A program made the translations under genes and the position numbers. DNA of 64,000 bases from Nitrososphaerota archaeon (GTDB lineage: Archaea; Thermoproteota; Nitrososphaeria_A; Caldarchaeales; Calditenuaceae): positions 32,001 to 96,000 of the forward strand of contig JAVQSZ010000005.1 of assembly GCA_033581555.1 (NCBI GenBank), given 5' to 3'. Under the pieces are notes generated by a model, which saw only the letters and a program-made list of their open reading frames with translations, made no database searches and was not told the origin of the DNA. This document shows, one piece after another, positions 21,429 to 30,143 of the stretch; the stretch's first letter is position 1; each line of letters starts with the position of its first letter.

Positions 21429-21528
21429 TTAGGTAACGCGCATATCCTGTTCCACAACTGGTGGTGGAGATCGAATAACGCCCAGTGAGTCATGTCCCTG
21501 TTGTTAGGAAATCAACCCATCACGTCAA

Positions 21529-21601
21529 GGCCGCGGGTGGGACTCGAACCCACGACCGCCGGGTCCACAGCCCGGAGTGCTGCCACTACACCACCGCGGC
21601 C
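21529..21601 (-). tRNA. tRNA-His(GTG) with encoded G-1
   Basis: GCCGCGG acceptor stem, CCGGG-CT-GTG-GA-CCCGG anticodon arm, GGGTTCGAGTCCC T-arm, C73 discriminator. Confidence 0.95.
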
Positions 21602-21700
21602 ATGCTGTCCAGTAAATCATTCGCCCAGCTATGTATTTGATCTTGTGAGGATCTCAGAAACCGGGAAACGGGGTTAGACACCGCGGGTTCGTGGTGCGGG

Positions 21701-22042
21701 TCACTTGATGGCGTCGACTCCTGACTCGCCTGTCCTTATGCGTATCGCCTGATCGATCGGATGGACGAAGATCTTGCCGTCACCGATGTCACCCGTCCTC
21801 GCGGACTCCATGATCACCTTCACCGCTTTATCCACCTCTTCATCTGGAACGACGAGCTCGATCTTCAGCTTAGGCAGCATATCGACTCTGTACTCGTGGC
21901 CTCTGACCCGCCAGGATATGCCCAACTGCCGTCCCCTTCCCCTGACCTCGTAGACGGTTATCCCTACGAAGCCCGCCGACTCAAGCGCCCTCTTGACGTC
22001 TTCAAGCTTTTCAGGTTTTATTACAGCATGGACCATCTTCAT
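21701..22042 (-). CDS. glnK: Nitrogen regulatory protein P-II
   Basis: AVIKPEKL, GRGRQ, ARTGDIGDGKIFV, IRIRTGE; adjacent to amt. Confidence 0.96.
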   Translation of the reverse strand: MKMVHAVIKPEKLEDVKRALESAGFVGITVYEVRGRGRQLGISWRVRGHEYRVDMLPKLKIELVVPDEEVDKAVKVIMESARTGDIGDGKIFVHPIDQAIRIRTGESGVDAIK

Positions 22043-22052
22043 GGAACATCAC

Positions 22053-23291
22053 CTAGGACACATATTCTGCGTGTTGTGATATGTCAAGTCCTATGACCTC
22101 TTCCCGCGGTGGAACCCTAAGACCTATCGAGACGTCGATGAGCTTAACGATCAGCAACGTGACCACCGATGCGAAGGCCCAGGTCGCAGCTACACCGATC
22201 AGCTGAGCCGCTATCAATGAAGGGTTGCCTGCCAGCAGACCGTTGACACCTGCGGGGTTGATGGAGGCATCCGCGAATATCCCAGTCGCTATCGCTCCCC
22301 AGGTACCACCCACGCCGTGAACACCCCAGACGTCGAGCGAGTCGTCAACTCCGAACCTCTGCCGCGCGTTAACCGCGATTGAGCATAGAACTCCTGCAAC
22401 AGCACCTATGACCAGCGCGGACGAGACGCTGACGAACCCCGCGGCCGGAGTTACTGCGACCAGACCTGCGACCGCACCGCTGGCTGCAGCGATGCTGCTG
22501 AACTTTCCCCTTGTGTAGTAGTTCGCGATGAGCCATGAAACGGCACCCGCAGAAGCAGCGGCGTGGGTGTTCAGAAAAGCCTGTGACGCCAACGAGCCGG
22601 ATGCGAGCGCGCTGCCGGCGTTGAACCCGTACCATCCGAACCACAGGAGCGCAGCTCCCAAGATGACATAGGTCGGGTTACTTGGCTCAAAGGAGGAGTT
22701 GCCATAGCCGAGTCGCCTACCGAGAACGAGTGCAGCCACCAACGCCGACACTCCAGAGCTGATGTGGACGACTGTACCTCCCGCGAAGTCAAGCGCCCCT
22801 ATCCCCCTGAGCCATCCACCGCCCCCCCAAACCCAGTGAGCCAGCGGAGAGTAAACGAACGTCGACCAAGCGACGAGGAAGATCAGGAAGGACCCGAACT
22901 TGACCCTCTCCGCGAACGCACCCGCGATCAGCGCGGGCGTGATCACGGCGAACATCATCTGGTATATCGCATACGTTGAGTGTGGCACGGTCGCGGCGTA
23001 GTCGGGGTTTGGATCAGGGCCGACACCGTTCAGGCCGAACCATTCCAGACCACCGATGAGACCGAATCGATCAGGTCCGAAGGCCAGGCTGTATCCCCAG
23101 AGTATCCACACGATCGAGATGACGCCGACCGCGGCGAAGCACTGGAACAACGTCGATACGACGTTCTTCTTCCTCGCCAGCCCCGCGTAGAAGAACCCGA
23201 GCCCAGGCGTCATTATCATCACCATCGCCGTCGAGGTCAGCAGCCACGCAGTATCTCCCGTGTCCGTTCCCACGGACATCGACCCCCACAT
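22053..23291 (-). CDS. amtB: Ammonium transporter
   Basis: MTPGLGFFYAG, DFAGGTVVH, WFGWYGFN, DDSLDVWGVHG. Confidence 0.97.
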   Translation of the reverse strand: MWGSMSVGTDTGDTAWLLTSTAMVMIMTPGLGFFYAGLARKKNVVSTLFQCFAAVGVISIVWILWGYSLAFGPDRFGLIGGLEWFGLNGVGPDPNPDYAATVPHSTYAIYQMMFAVITPALIAGAFAERVKFGSFLIFLVAWSTFVYSPLAHWVWGGGGWLRGIGALDFAGGTVVHISSGVSALVAALVLGRRLGYGNSSFEPSNPTYVILGAALLWFGWYGFNAGSALASGSLASQAFLNTHAAASAGAVSWLIANYYTRGKFSSIAAASGAVAGLVAVTPAAGFVSVSSALVIGAVAGVLCSIAVNARQRFGVDDSLDVWGVHGVGGTWGAIATGIFADASINPAGVNGLLAGNPSLIAAQLIGVAATWAFASVVTLLIVKLIDVSIGLRVPPREEVIGLDISQHAEYVS

Positions 23292-23557
23292 CCGCGACCT
23301 CTAAATAAGAATTCGGGAGTCTATTGAGCAATTGTAGATCAGAAATCGGACTTTATGGATGAGTTTTTTAAAAATTTGTTAAAATTTTGAACAAACATCG
23401 AAAACATCAATCGAATTTGACTCGTGAAGAGGGCCTTTCTTTTGACGAACAGCTAGGGACCGACGAATTGCTCGGTCATTTAACGAGAAGACAGACGGAG
23501 AAGCCCATAGTTGTGAGGTACGGACCGATTAGGAGGCGCGGACGCCGCGCCGTAGTT

Positions 23558-23986
23558 TCAGGTTTTGGTCTTTGCGAGGCCGACCTTGTGACCGTACTGG
23601 GTGCTATGCCTTACGGCGCCGAGCACCTCCTCTGCGGTGGAGAGCATGAGAACCTTGTCGAGCTTACGTACGTAGACCGAAGCCCTCTTGACGCTGACGT
23701 TGAGCCTTTTCGAGAGCCTCACGAGGTCGTATCCGAGGGGCGTGTAAAACTCGGAGAGGTCGACTAGAGGTTCAGGGGGCGCGTAGTTCCTGATCTTGAA
23801 GTACGCCTCGAGCCACGCCGCGGCCTCCTCCCTGGACGCGACGTGCTTCCTACTCCACCTCCTCAGGAGGCTAGACTTCTCTGGGACCAGCTCGCACGCC
23901 AGCTCGGTCAGGGCCTCCCAAGTGGACTCGTGGCGCGGCTCGGAGAGGAAGGCCCCGTCGGTCGCGCAAACGATCAGCTTCGGCAT
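23558..23986 (-). CDS. Hypothetical protein (MPKLIVCATDG..., about 142 aa)
   Basis: C-terminal part of ORF 23558..24271; the upstream part is antisense to the thioredoxin gene, so the start is placed at ATG 23986. Confidence 0.6.
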   Translation of the reverse strand: MPKLIVCATDGAFLSEPRHESTWEALTELACELVPEKSSLLRRWSRKHVASREEAAAWLEAYFKIRNYAPPEPLVDLSEFYTPLGYDLVRLSKRLNVSVKRASVYVRKLDKVLMLSTAEEVLGAVRHSTQYGHKVGLAKTKT

Positions 23987-24091
23987 CCTCGAGGAGCCCG
24001 ACCGCCCCACTGAAAACGTTACTTCAAGCCCTCCGTTGAGGGCCCACCGGAGACGTCCAGCGACCTGCTGACTTGCCGGCGAAGGCTTTAA

Positions 24092-24709
24092 TTGCCGAGG
24101 AAGACGATTGCGTCGGAAATGGGCAAGAGGAAGGGGAAGAAGAGGCCCGAGTCGAGGGCCAGGGAGCTGGTGATCGCGTTCGTCCCCGCAGCCCTCCTCG
24201 TCGGCCTCCTGGTCTACCTCGTCTCCCAGCCCGTGAGCCCAACCCTCATAACGCCCCAGAGGACTGCCCATCAGGGCGAGACCGCGCCCGACTTCACCGC
24301 GAGAGTCCTGACGCCCGACGGACTTACTGAGAGGAGCTTCTCGCTCTCAGAGTACAGGGGCTCGGTGATATTCCTGGACTTCGTCTTCAGCTGGTGCCCC
24401 CACTGCAAGAACATGGCGCCGAAGGTGAAGGCCCTCCACGAGGAGTTCTCAGCGAAGGGCGTGAGGTTCGTGACGGTCGCGGGGAGCTCCCGATCGTCGC
24501 CGGAGGACTCCGCGAAGTTCCTCAGGGACCACGGGATCTCCTGGACCGCGGTCTACGACGCCGAGATGAGTGTCTTCCAGAAGTTCGGTGTGAGGGGGAC
24601 GCCGACGTACGTCGTCATCGGCAGGGACGGCAGGATCATCACGAAGCTGGCGGGCGAGCAGCCCTATGAGGTCCTCAAGGGTTACCTCCAGGAGGCCCTC
24701 GGGGGTTAA
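24092..24709 (+). CDS. Membrane-anchored TlpA/ResA-like thioredoxin
   Basis: N-terminal TM, APDFT, SWCPHC, cis-Pro GTPT. Confidence 0.9.
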   Translation: MPRKTIASEMGKRKGKKRPESRARELVIAFVPAALLVGLLVYLVSQPVSPTLITPQRTAHQGETAPDFTARVLTPDGLTERSFSLSEYRGSVIFLDFVFSWCPHCKNMAPKVKALHEEFSAKGVRFVTVAGSSRSSPEDSAKFLRDHGISWTAVYDAEMSVFQKFGVRGTPTYVVIGRDGRIITKLAGEQPYEVLKGYLQEALGG

Positions 24710-24710
24710 C

Positions 24711-25124
24711 GTGGACGTCAGAGCGGTCGCGGCCGCGGCTGCTTCCGCGGGAGGCGTGGCCGTCAGCACCTACCTCGCGACGCCCGAGCAGGTCGCCTCC
24801 AGCCCCCTCTGCGACGTCAACGCGGTACTCTCATGCACCTCAGTCCTCTCGAGCCAGTACGCTACCTTCATGGGGATTCCGGTCGCGCTGTACGGCGCTG
24901 CCTGGTTCGCGGTCTCGCTCGTAGCCTCGCTGTCGGCCTTTTCGAGGAGGAGGGCGGCGCTCTTCCTCTTCTGGTGGTCAGTGCTCGGGATGCTGGGCGT
25001 GGCGGTGCTGGTCTACGTCGAGGCGTTCATGATCGGGAGCTTCTGCCTCTACTGCACTCTGGCTCACGTGCTGGCGGCCGTCGTCTTCGCAAACGCCTAC
25101 CTGATCCGGTCGGAGTCCTCCTAG
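24711..25124 (+). CDS. Vitamin K epoxide reductase (VKOR) family protein
   Basis: Loop Cys pair LCDVNAVLSCTSVLSS, GIPVA, active-site CLYC; GTG start just after the thioredoxin stop. Confidence 0.9.
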   Translation: MDVRAVAAAAASAGGVAVSTYLATPEQVASSPLCDVNAVLSCTSVLSSQYATFMGIPVALYGAAWFAVSLVASLSAFSRRRAALFLFWWSVLGMLGVAVLVYVEAFMIGSFCLYCTLAHVLAAVVFANAYLIRSESS

Positions 25125-25141
25125 GGTCACCGCGCGGCCGC

Positions 25142-25837
25142 TCACCTGCGCCTCTCCTCGGAGACGATCTGACCGTCCCTTATCCTGAGGACCCTCCCGA
25201 CGTACTCGGTGACCTCCGGGTTGTGCGTCACGATCACCAGAGTCCTCCCCTGCTCGTTGAGCTGCCTGAAGATCTCGAGGACCTGCTTGCCCGTGGCCGA
25301 GTCGAGGTTCCCGGTGGGCTCATCGGCCAGCAGTAGCGACGGGTCGTTCGCGAGGGCCCTCGCGATGCTGACCCTCTGCTGTTCGCCCCCGCTCAGCTCG
25401 ACCGCCCTGTGGTGGATCCTGTGCCCCAGCCCCACCATCTCGAGCAGCTTGGCAGCCCTCTCCCTCCTCTCGCCGGGAGGCACCTTGTCGACGAAGGTCA
25501 TCGCGAGCAACACGTTGTCGAGCGCGGTCAGCCTCGGCAGCAGGTTGTAGCTCTGGAAGACGAAGCCTATCTCCATCCCCCTTATCCTCGAGAGCTCGTC
25601 GTCGTTCAGCCTCGAGACGTCCGTGCCCCTGAAGAGGAGCTTCCCCGAGCTCGGCCTGTCGAGAAGGCCCATCAGGTTGAGAAGCGTGCTCTTCCCGGAC
25701 CCGCTCGGGCCCATGATCGCGAGGGACTCGCCCTGCCTCACGGTCAGGCTCACCCCCCTCAAAGCGTGCACCTTCAATCGCCGCTCGTCGTAGACCTTAT
25801 GGACGTCGACCATCCTGACGACGGAGCTATCCTCCAC
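25142..25837 (-). CDS. ABC ATP-binding protein (LolD/MacB type)
   Basis: GPSGSGKS, IGFVFQ, LSGGEQQRV, ADEPTGNLD. Confidence 0.95.
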   Translation of the reverse strand: MEDSSVVRMVDVHKVYDERRLKVHALRGVSLTVRQGESLAIMGPSGSGKSTLLNLMGLLDRPSSGKLLFRGTDVSRLNDDELSRIRGMEIGFVFQSYNLLPRLTALDNVLLAMTFVDKVPPGERRERAAKLLEMVGLGHRIHHRAVELSGGEQQRVSIARALANDPSLLLADEPTGNLDSATGKQVLEIFRQLNEQGRTLVIVTHNPEVTEYVGRVLRIRDGQIVSEERRR

Positions 25838-27830
25838 CGCGCCTCCGCAACCTCCTCGCTACCGCGATCGATATCAGTACGGACAAAGCGAGGGCGGCGA
25901 TCGCGAGCAGCGTCTGACCCGAGGGCTGCTCCGACCTGACTGGGGCGGGAGTGGTCGCGGTCTGGACCGCGGCCGCGGGCATAGGCACCTTCACCTCGAC
26001 GAGCTGCTCTAGGACCTCCCGGTCCCCGAACCGGTCCTCGTAGACCACCCTGATCGCTATCTGTCCGGCCCTGAAGCCGCCCCTCAGTTGCAGGTCGACC
26101 GAGAAGGACTTCTTCTCGCCCGGCGCCACGTCGCCCATGAAGACGCTGCTGGAGCCCGTCACGTCCCTTCCGGCGGCCTCAACCCAGACGTTCCTCACCC
26201 CCACGTTGCCCTCGTTGAGGAGCTCTCCGGCCACCACGACGCTGTCCCCCTCGCCGAGGCCCGGGATCGACTCGACGTTGAGCACCCGCAACCTGACGAC
26301 GCCTTTCACCAGCAGCCCTATCTCCCTAGACTCGGAGAGCCTCCTCCCTCGCGAGTCGTCGTAGGAGATCGTCAGCGCGACCCTGTACACGCCCTCCTGC
26401 GCGGTCGGAGACGCGGCGATCCTGAAGGCGAGCGTCGCTGCCTCTCCCGGCTTCAGGCTCCCCACCCTCTGCCTGTCCGAGCCCCCCATCACCGCGAGCG
26501 GCGGTGAAGACGCGAGCGAGACGACGACGTTTCCGACGGGCTCCTCGGAGACGTTCCTGAGGACGAGCCTGAGGTCGCCGGTGGTGCCGATCCTCAAGTC
26601 TGAGCTGGCCACCGAGACCTGGAAGACCAGCTCCTCAGGCCTCGCCACGACCAGCCCGACCGACTCGGTCCTCACCCTCTTGACGCCGGTCCTGTCGTAG
26701 TACTCCGCGGTCAGCGTGAGGGCGTAGGCGCCGGGAGAGGCCCCAGGCGAGACGTAGACCTCGAGGGCGTCCCGCACCTCGACCACCTCACCGAGCTTGA
26801 CCGCGTCAATCCAAACGGCAGAGGGCCTTAGCACGACGATCGGGGAGCCAGGCTGCGCGGCGAAGGTGAGGAGGAGCTGGGAGACCTCCTCGGTCCCGTC
26901 GTTCGCGACCCTGACCTTCAGGACGTTCCTAGTTCCCGCGACGAGCTCCCTCGGGAGGACCTCGAAGGAGAGCCTGACGGTCCCCCTCAGTTGCACGTCG
27001 AAAGCGTAGACGTAGGTCCTCTTGGTCCCCCACTCGAAGGAGTAGCTGAGGCTGAGCTCGACCCTCGCGGACTTCGCCGACGTTTTGGAAACTAGGTCGA
27101 AGGTTAGCGTTATCAGGGTGCCGGTCAACCTACCCACCGCGGACTTGGCTACCCTGGACCCCGCGGGCGTCTCAAGGCCCCCGGGCAGCCTGAGCTCTCC
27201 TACCACGTCCGAGATCGCCATAGGCTCCGGCAGCCTCAACGAGACGACGAGCCTGCCCGCCGCACCGGCCTCAGGCGGAAGTCCCCCAGACCACGACGCG
27301 TCGACGAGCTCCGGCTTCCCGGGCTCATCGATTAGCCTAACCCTCACCCGCTCGAGGGACCGGCCCGTCGCGAACTCGCCGCGCGCGTCGACGTACTGGT
27401 AACCGAGCCAGACGTAGAGCTCGTAGTCTCCCGGTGCCGCCCGCTTGTCCACGTCCAGCTCGAAGGTTAAATACGTGATCTCGCCAGCCCTCACGGGGAC
27501 GCTGCTGTACGCGAAGGCTCCCGATTCCCCGCCGGACGGGCGGAGGGGCGACCGGTCGAGCACGAGCTCCCCCACGAGCGAGATCAGCGTCTCCCTTCTC
27601 GCGTTGATGACCGCGACAGTGAGGGGCATCGACCTGTCCCCGGGTCCTGCATCGACTTTGGCCCCGGGCCTCCCCCAGTAGGCGTCTAGGACCGAGACCT
27701 CGTTCGAGGGAGGGAGACGCTCAGCGACAGCAGTCAGGCTCAGGAGGGTCGACGGGGAGAACAGGAGCGCGAGGACGAGCGCGACCGGGACCGCGGACCT
27801 CAAGGGCCTGCTCACCCTCCTGTGCCTCAC
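25827..27830 (-). CDS. COG1361-like S-layer/Ig-repeat surface protein with C-terminal TM
   Basis: Signal peptide; repeated beta-rich units (PGDYEL, PGAYAL, EGVYRV); C-terminal TM and Arg tail; GTGA overlap with the FKBP gene. Confidence 0.75.
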   Translation of the reverse strand: MRHRRVSRPLRSAVPVALVLALLFSPSTLLSLTAVAERLPPSNEVSVLDAYWGRPGAKVDAGPGDRSMPLTVAVINARRETLISLVGELVLDRSPLRPSGGESGAFAYSSVPVRAGEITYLTFELDVDKRAAPGDYELYVWLGYQYVDARGEFATGRSLERVRVRLIDEPGKPELVDASWSGGLPPEAGAAGRLVVSLRLPEPMAISDVVGELRLPGGLETPAGSRVAKSAVGRLTGTLITLTFDLVSKTSAKSARVELSLSYSFEWGTKRTYVYAFDVQLRGTVRLSFEVLPRELVAGTRNVLKVRVANDGTEEVSQLLLTFAAQPGSPIVVLRPSAVWIDAVKLGEVVEVRDALEVYVSPGASPGAYALTLTAEYYDRTGVKRVRTESVGLVVARPEELVFQVSVASSDLRIGTTGDLRLVLRNVSEEPVGNVVVSLASSPPLAVMGGSDRQRVGSLKPGEAATLAFRIAASPTAQEGVYRVALTISYDDSRGRRLSESREIGLLVKGVVRLRVLNVESIPGLGEGDSVVVAGELLNEGNVGVRNVWVEAAGRDVTGSSSVFMGDVAPGEKKSFSVDLQLRGGFRAGQIAIRVVYEDRFGDREVLEQLVEVKVPMPAAAVQTATTPAPVRSEQPSGQTLLAIAALALSVLISIAVARRLRRRGGG

Positions 27831-28573
27831 ACGGATGCGTCCCACTCCTCGACGAAGACGACCTTCGTCACGCCCTTCAGGTGCTCCAGTATCTCCCTCG
27901 CGAGGGCCCTCTTCGCCAACTGGATCCCCGAAATCAGGTAGACCTCTTTCGGGAACCTCACGACGACCTTCCCGTCCTCGAGGCTGACCTGCGTGTTCCC
28001 CTTGTTCACCTCAGGGATCCGGGAGTGGAGCAGCGCATAGACCTTCTCGAGGTCTTCGGAGATGATCCTCCTCACCTTCAGGTCGCAGACCAGCGTCTTC
28101 CCGGCGAGGTGGTGGTTGAAGTCGACCTGGACCCTCCCCGAGGATATGCTCCTCACGACGCACTCCTTCCCGTCGATGATCAGCCTGGTCCCGACCGTGA
28201 TCGGCTGGTCCACGTCCCTCAGCCTCCTCAGCGGTATCACCTTGACCTTGTTCGGGTCCCTCTGCCCGAAGGCCCTCTCCGGCGGTATCTCGAAGGTCTT
28301 CGACTCGTCCTCGCGCATCCCCAGCATCTCCTCCTCGATCGCCCTGAGGAGCATGCCCCTCCCGACGACCGTCAGCCTCGGCTCGAAGGCGCCTGCTCCG
28401 GACTCGATCCCCGCCTCCTTCGCGACCTCCTCCAGCGTGGTGTCGACCAGCTCCCCCGTCTCCTTCACCCTGAGCGTGTAGTCGACCTCGACGAAGCTCC
28501 CCTGCTCGACGACCTTGCCCGTCGCGCCCGCCTGCGCCTCCGCCATCACCAGAGCAGAGGCCTCTGCGTCCAT
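27827..28573 (-). CDS. Long-type FKBP peptidyl-prolyl isomerase
   Basis: VEVDYT, DTT, IPPERAFGQRD, VDFNHHLAGKTL, archaeal C-terminal domain. Confidence 0.92.
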   Translation of the reverse strand: MDAEASALVMAEAQAGATGKVVEQGSFVEVDYTLRVKETGELVDTTLEEVAKEAGIESGAGAFEPRLTVVGRGMLLRAIEEEMLGMREDESKTFEIPPERAFGQRDPNKVKVIPLRRLRDVDQPITVGTRLIIDGKECVVRSISSGRVQVDFNHHLAGKTLVCDLKVRRIISEDLEKVYALLHSRIPEVNKGNTQVSLEDGKVVVRFPKEVYLISGIQLAKRALAREILEHLKGVTKVVFVEEWDASV

Positions 28574-28692
28574 AAAAATCCGAGGAGCAGATCGCTGAGC
28601 GCCGTCCTCCTCACGGTCGCGGAGCGACTAGGGATCCTGCTCAGGGCCCGGAGAGACAGTTATTACCGGAGGAGAACCGTTCGGTCCGTGAC

Positions 28693-29001
28693 ATGAAGGA
28701 GACTGTCGAGGTCGTGAAGAGGGTCGAGGAGGAGCTCGACGGCCTCGAGTCGCGGGTCGAGGAGTTCGCGAGGCAGCTCGAGGAGCGGGCCGCGAGGCAG
28801 CTCGAGGAGCTGAGGGGAAAGGTGAGGGAGCTGGTCGAGTCTGAGAGGAGGAGGCGTGCGGCGGACCTGGAGGAGCAGCTCAGGGCCTACTCGGCCGAGG
28901 CGGGCGCGAAGTACGCGAAGAGGGTCGAGGAGCTCAGAAGGAGGTTCTCGGAGAGGAGGGAGGAGATAACTCAGGCTCTCGTGAAGGCGATCCTCGGCTG
29001 A
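28693..29001 (+). CDS. Probable A/V-type ATP synthase subunit H (G-like)
   Basis: 102-aa charged coiled coil ending ALVKAILG, directly upstream of subunit C. Confidence 0.6.
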   Translation: MKETVEVVKRVEEELDGLESRVEEFARQLEERAARQLEELRGKVRELVESERRRRAADLEEQLRAYSAEAGAKYAKRVEELRRRFSERREEITQALVKAILG

Positions 29002-29007
29002 TCGGGG

Positions 29008-30048
29008 ATGGACTCGAGGTTCGTCTACGTCCTCGCCTTTGCGACCAGGGGCAAGCTGCTGGAGAGGAGGGCGCTGGAGGACCTCGCCGACTCGAGGACC
29101 CTCGAGGACTTGGTCACCGCGCTCAGGGCCACTCACTACTCGGAGGCGGTCTCGGAGCTCCCGCTGCCAGTCACCGCCAGGAGGGTCGAGCTGGCGCTCA
29201 GGAGGTACCTCTACCGCTACCACCACTCGCTCGTCAAGTACACATCATGGAACCCCGCGCTGGTCGCCCTCTTCGAGAGGTACGTCGTCAGGGAGCTCAA
29301 GGCCGCGGTCAGGGGCATCGCGTCAGGTAAGACGGTCGACGAGGTGACGAGGGAGGTAGACCTCACGCCCGCCGAGCTCCTGGGCGTCAGAGACGTGATC
29401 GCGAGGGCCGTGGCTTCCAGGTCCGCGACCGAGCTCAGGCAGGCCCTCAGGGGGACGAAGTACGAGGCACCGGTCGGCTCCGCGCTCGACTACTTCGAGA
29501 GGACGGGGGACCCAGCCGCGATAGACGTCGAGTTTGACAAGTCGATCGCCGGGTCCCTCTCGTCATCGATCCGCGCCCTCAGGTGGCCCGACAGGAGGTG
29601 GGTCAGGTGGATGCTCGAGCGCTACATCAACTCGTTCGTCGTCGAGGCGGTCCTCAGGGCGAAGGCCTGGAGGCTCGAGCCGGGGGAGGTCAGGAGGGCG
29701 ATCGAGGGCCTCGAGCACGGGATACCGCGCCCCGTGATGGAGGTCCTGCTGGAGAGCTTAGAGGCCGAGGCGATCTCGAGGGCCCTTCAGCTCGTCGAGG
29801 GGAGGAGCTTGCCGCGGCTGACCGAGAGGCTGAGCCTAACCGCGATGGCCTCCCAGCTGAGGGAGAGGGCGTGGAGGGACCTGGTCTCCAGGGCCAAGAG
29901 GACGTTCTTGGTCACCGACTCGCACCTTGCCCTCGCAGTGGCCTCGGTCTTCCTCCTCGAGGACGAGGTCGCTAGGGTCACGTCGATAGCGACCGGTATC
30001 GAGATGGGCCTCAGGAAGGAGGAGATACTCGAGGTCGCCCTCTTCTGA
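29008..30048 (+). CDS. A/V-type ATP synthase subunit C (V0 d-like)
   Basis: RGKLL, LRATHY, LRGTKY, ELKAAVRG, C-terminal EVARVTSIATGIEMGLRKEEI. Confidence 0.8.
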   Translation: MDSRFVYVLAFATRGKLLERRALEDLADSRTLEDLVTALRATHYSEAVSELPLPVTARRVELALRRYLYRYHHSLVKYTSWNPALVALFERYVVRELKAAVRGIASGKTVDEVTREVDLTPAELLGVRDVIARAVASRSATELRQALRGTKYEAPVGSALDYFERTGDPAAIDVEFDKSIAGSLSSSIRALRWPDRRWVRWMLERYINSFVVEAVLRAKAWRLEPGEVRRAIEGLEHGIPRPVMEVLLESLEAEAISRALQLVEGRSLPRLTERLSLTAMASQLRERAWRDLVSRAKRTFLVTDSHLALAVASVFLLEDEVARVTSIATGIEMGLRKEEILEVALF

Positions 30049-30143
30049 GGTCAGCTAAGGGGGAGGCTCGCGAGAGCGTCCGTGACGATCAGATCCTGAG
30101 AAGGAAAAAGGGAGCTCGAGACTGGAGAGTCAGGCGGAGAGCC

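Noticed and set aside
21428-21529. Possible integration site at the converging tRNA 3' ends
   Set aside because: No att duplication, integrase or cargo seen
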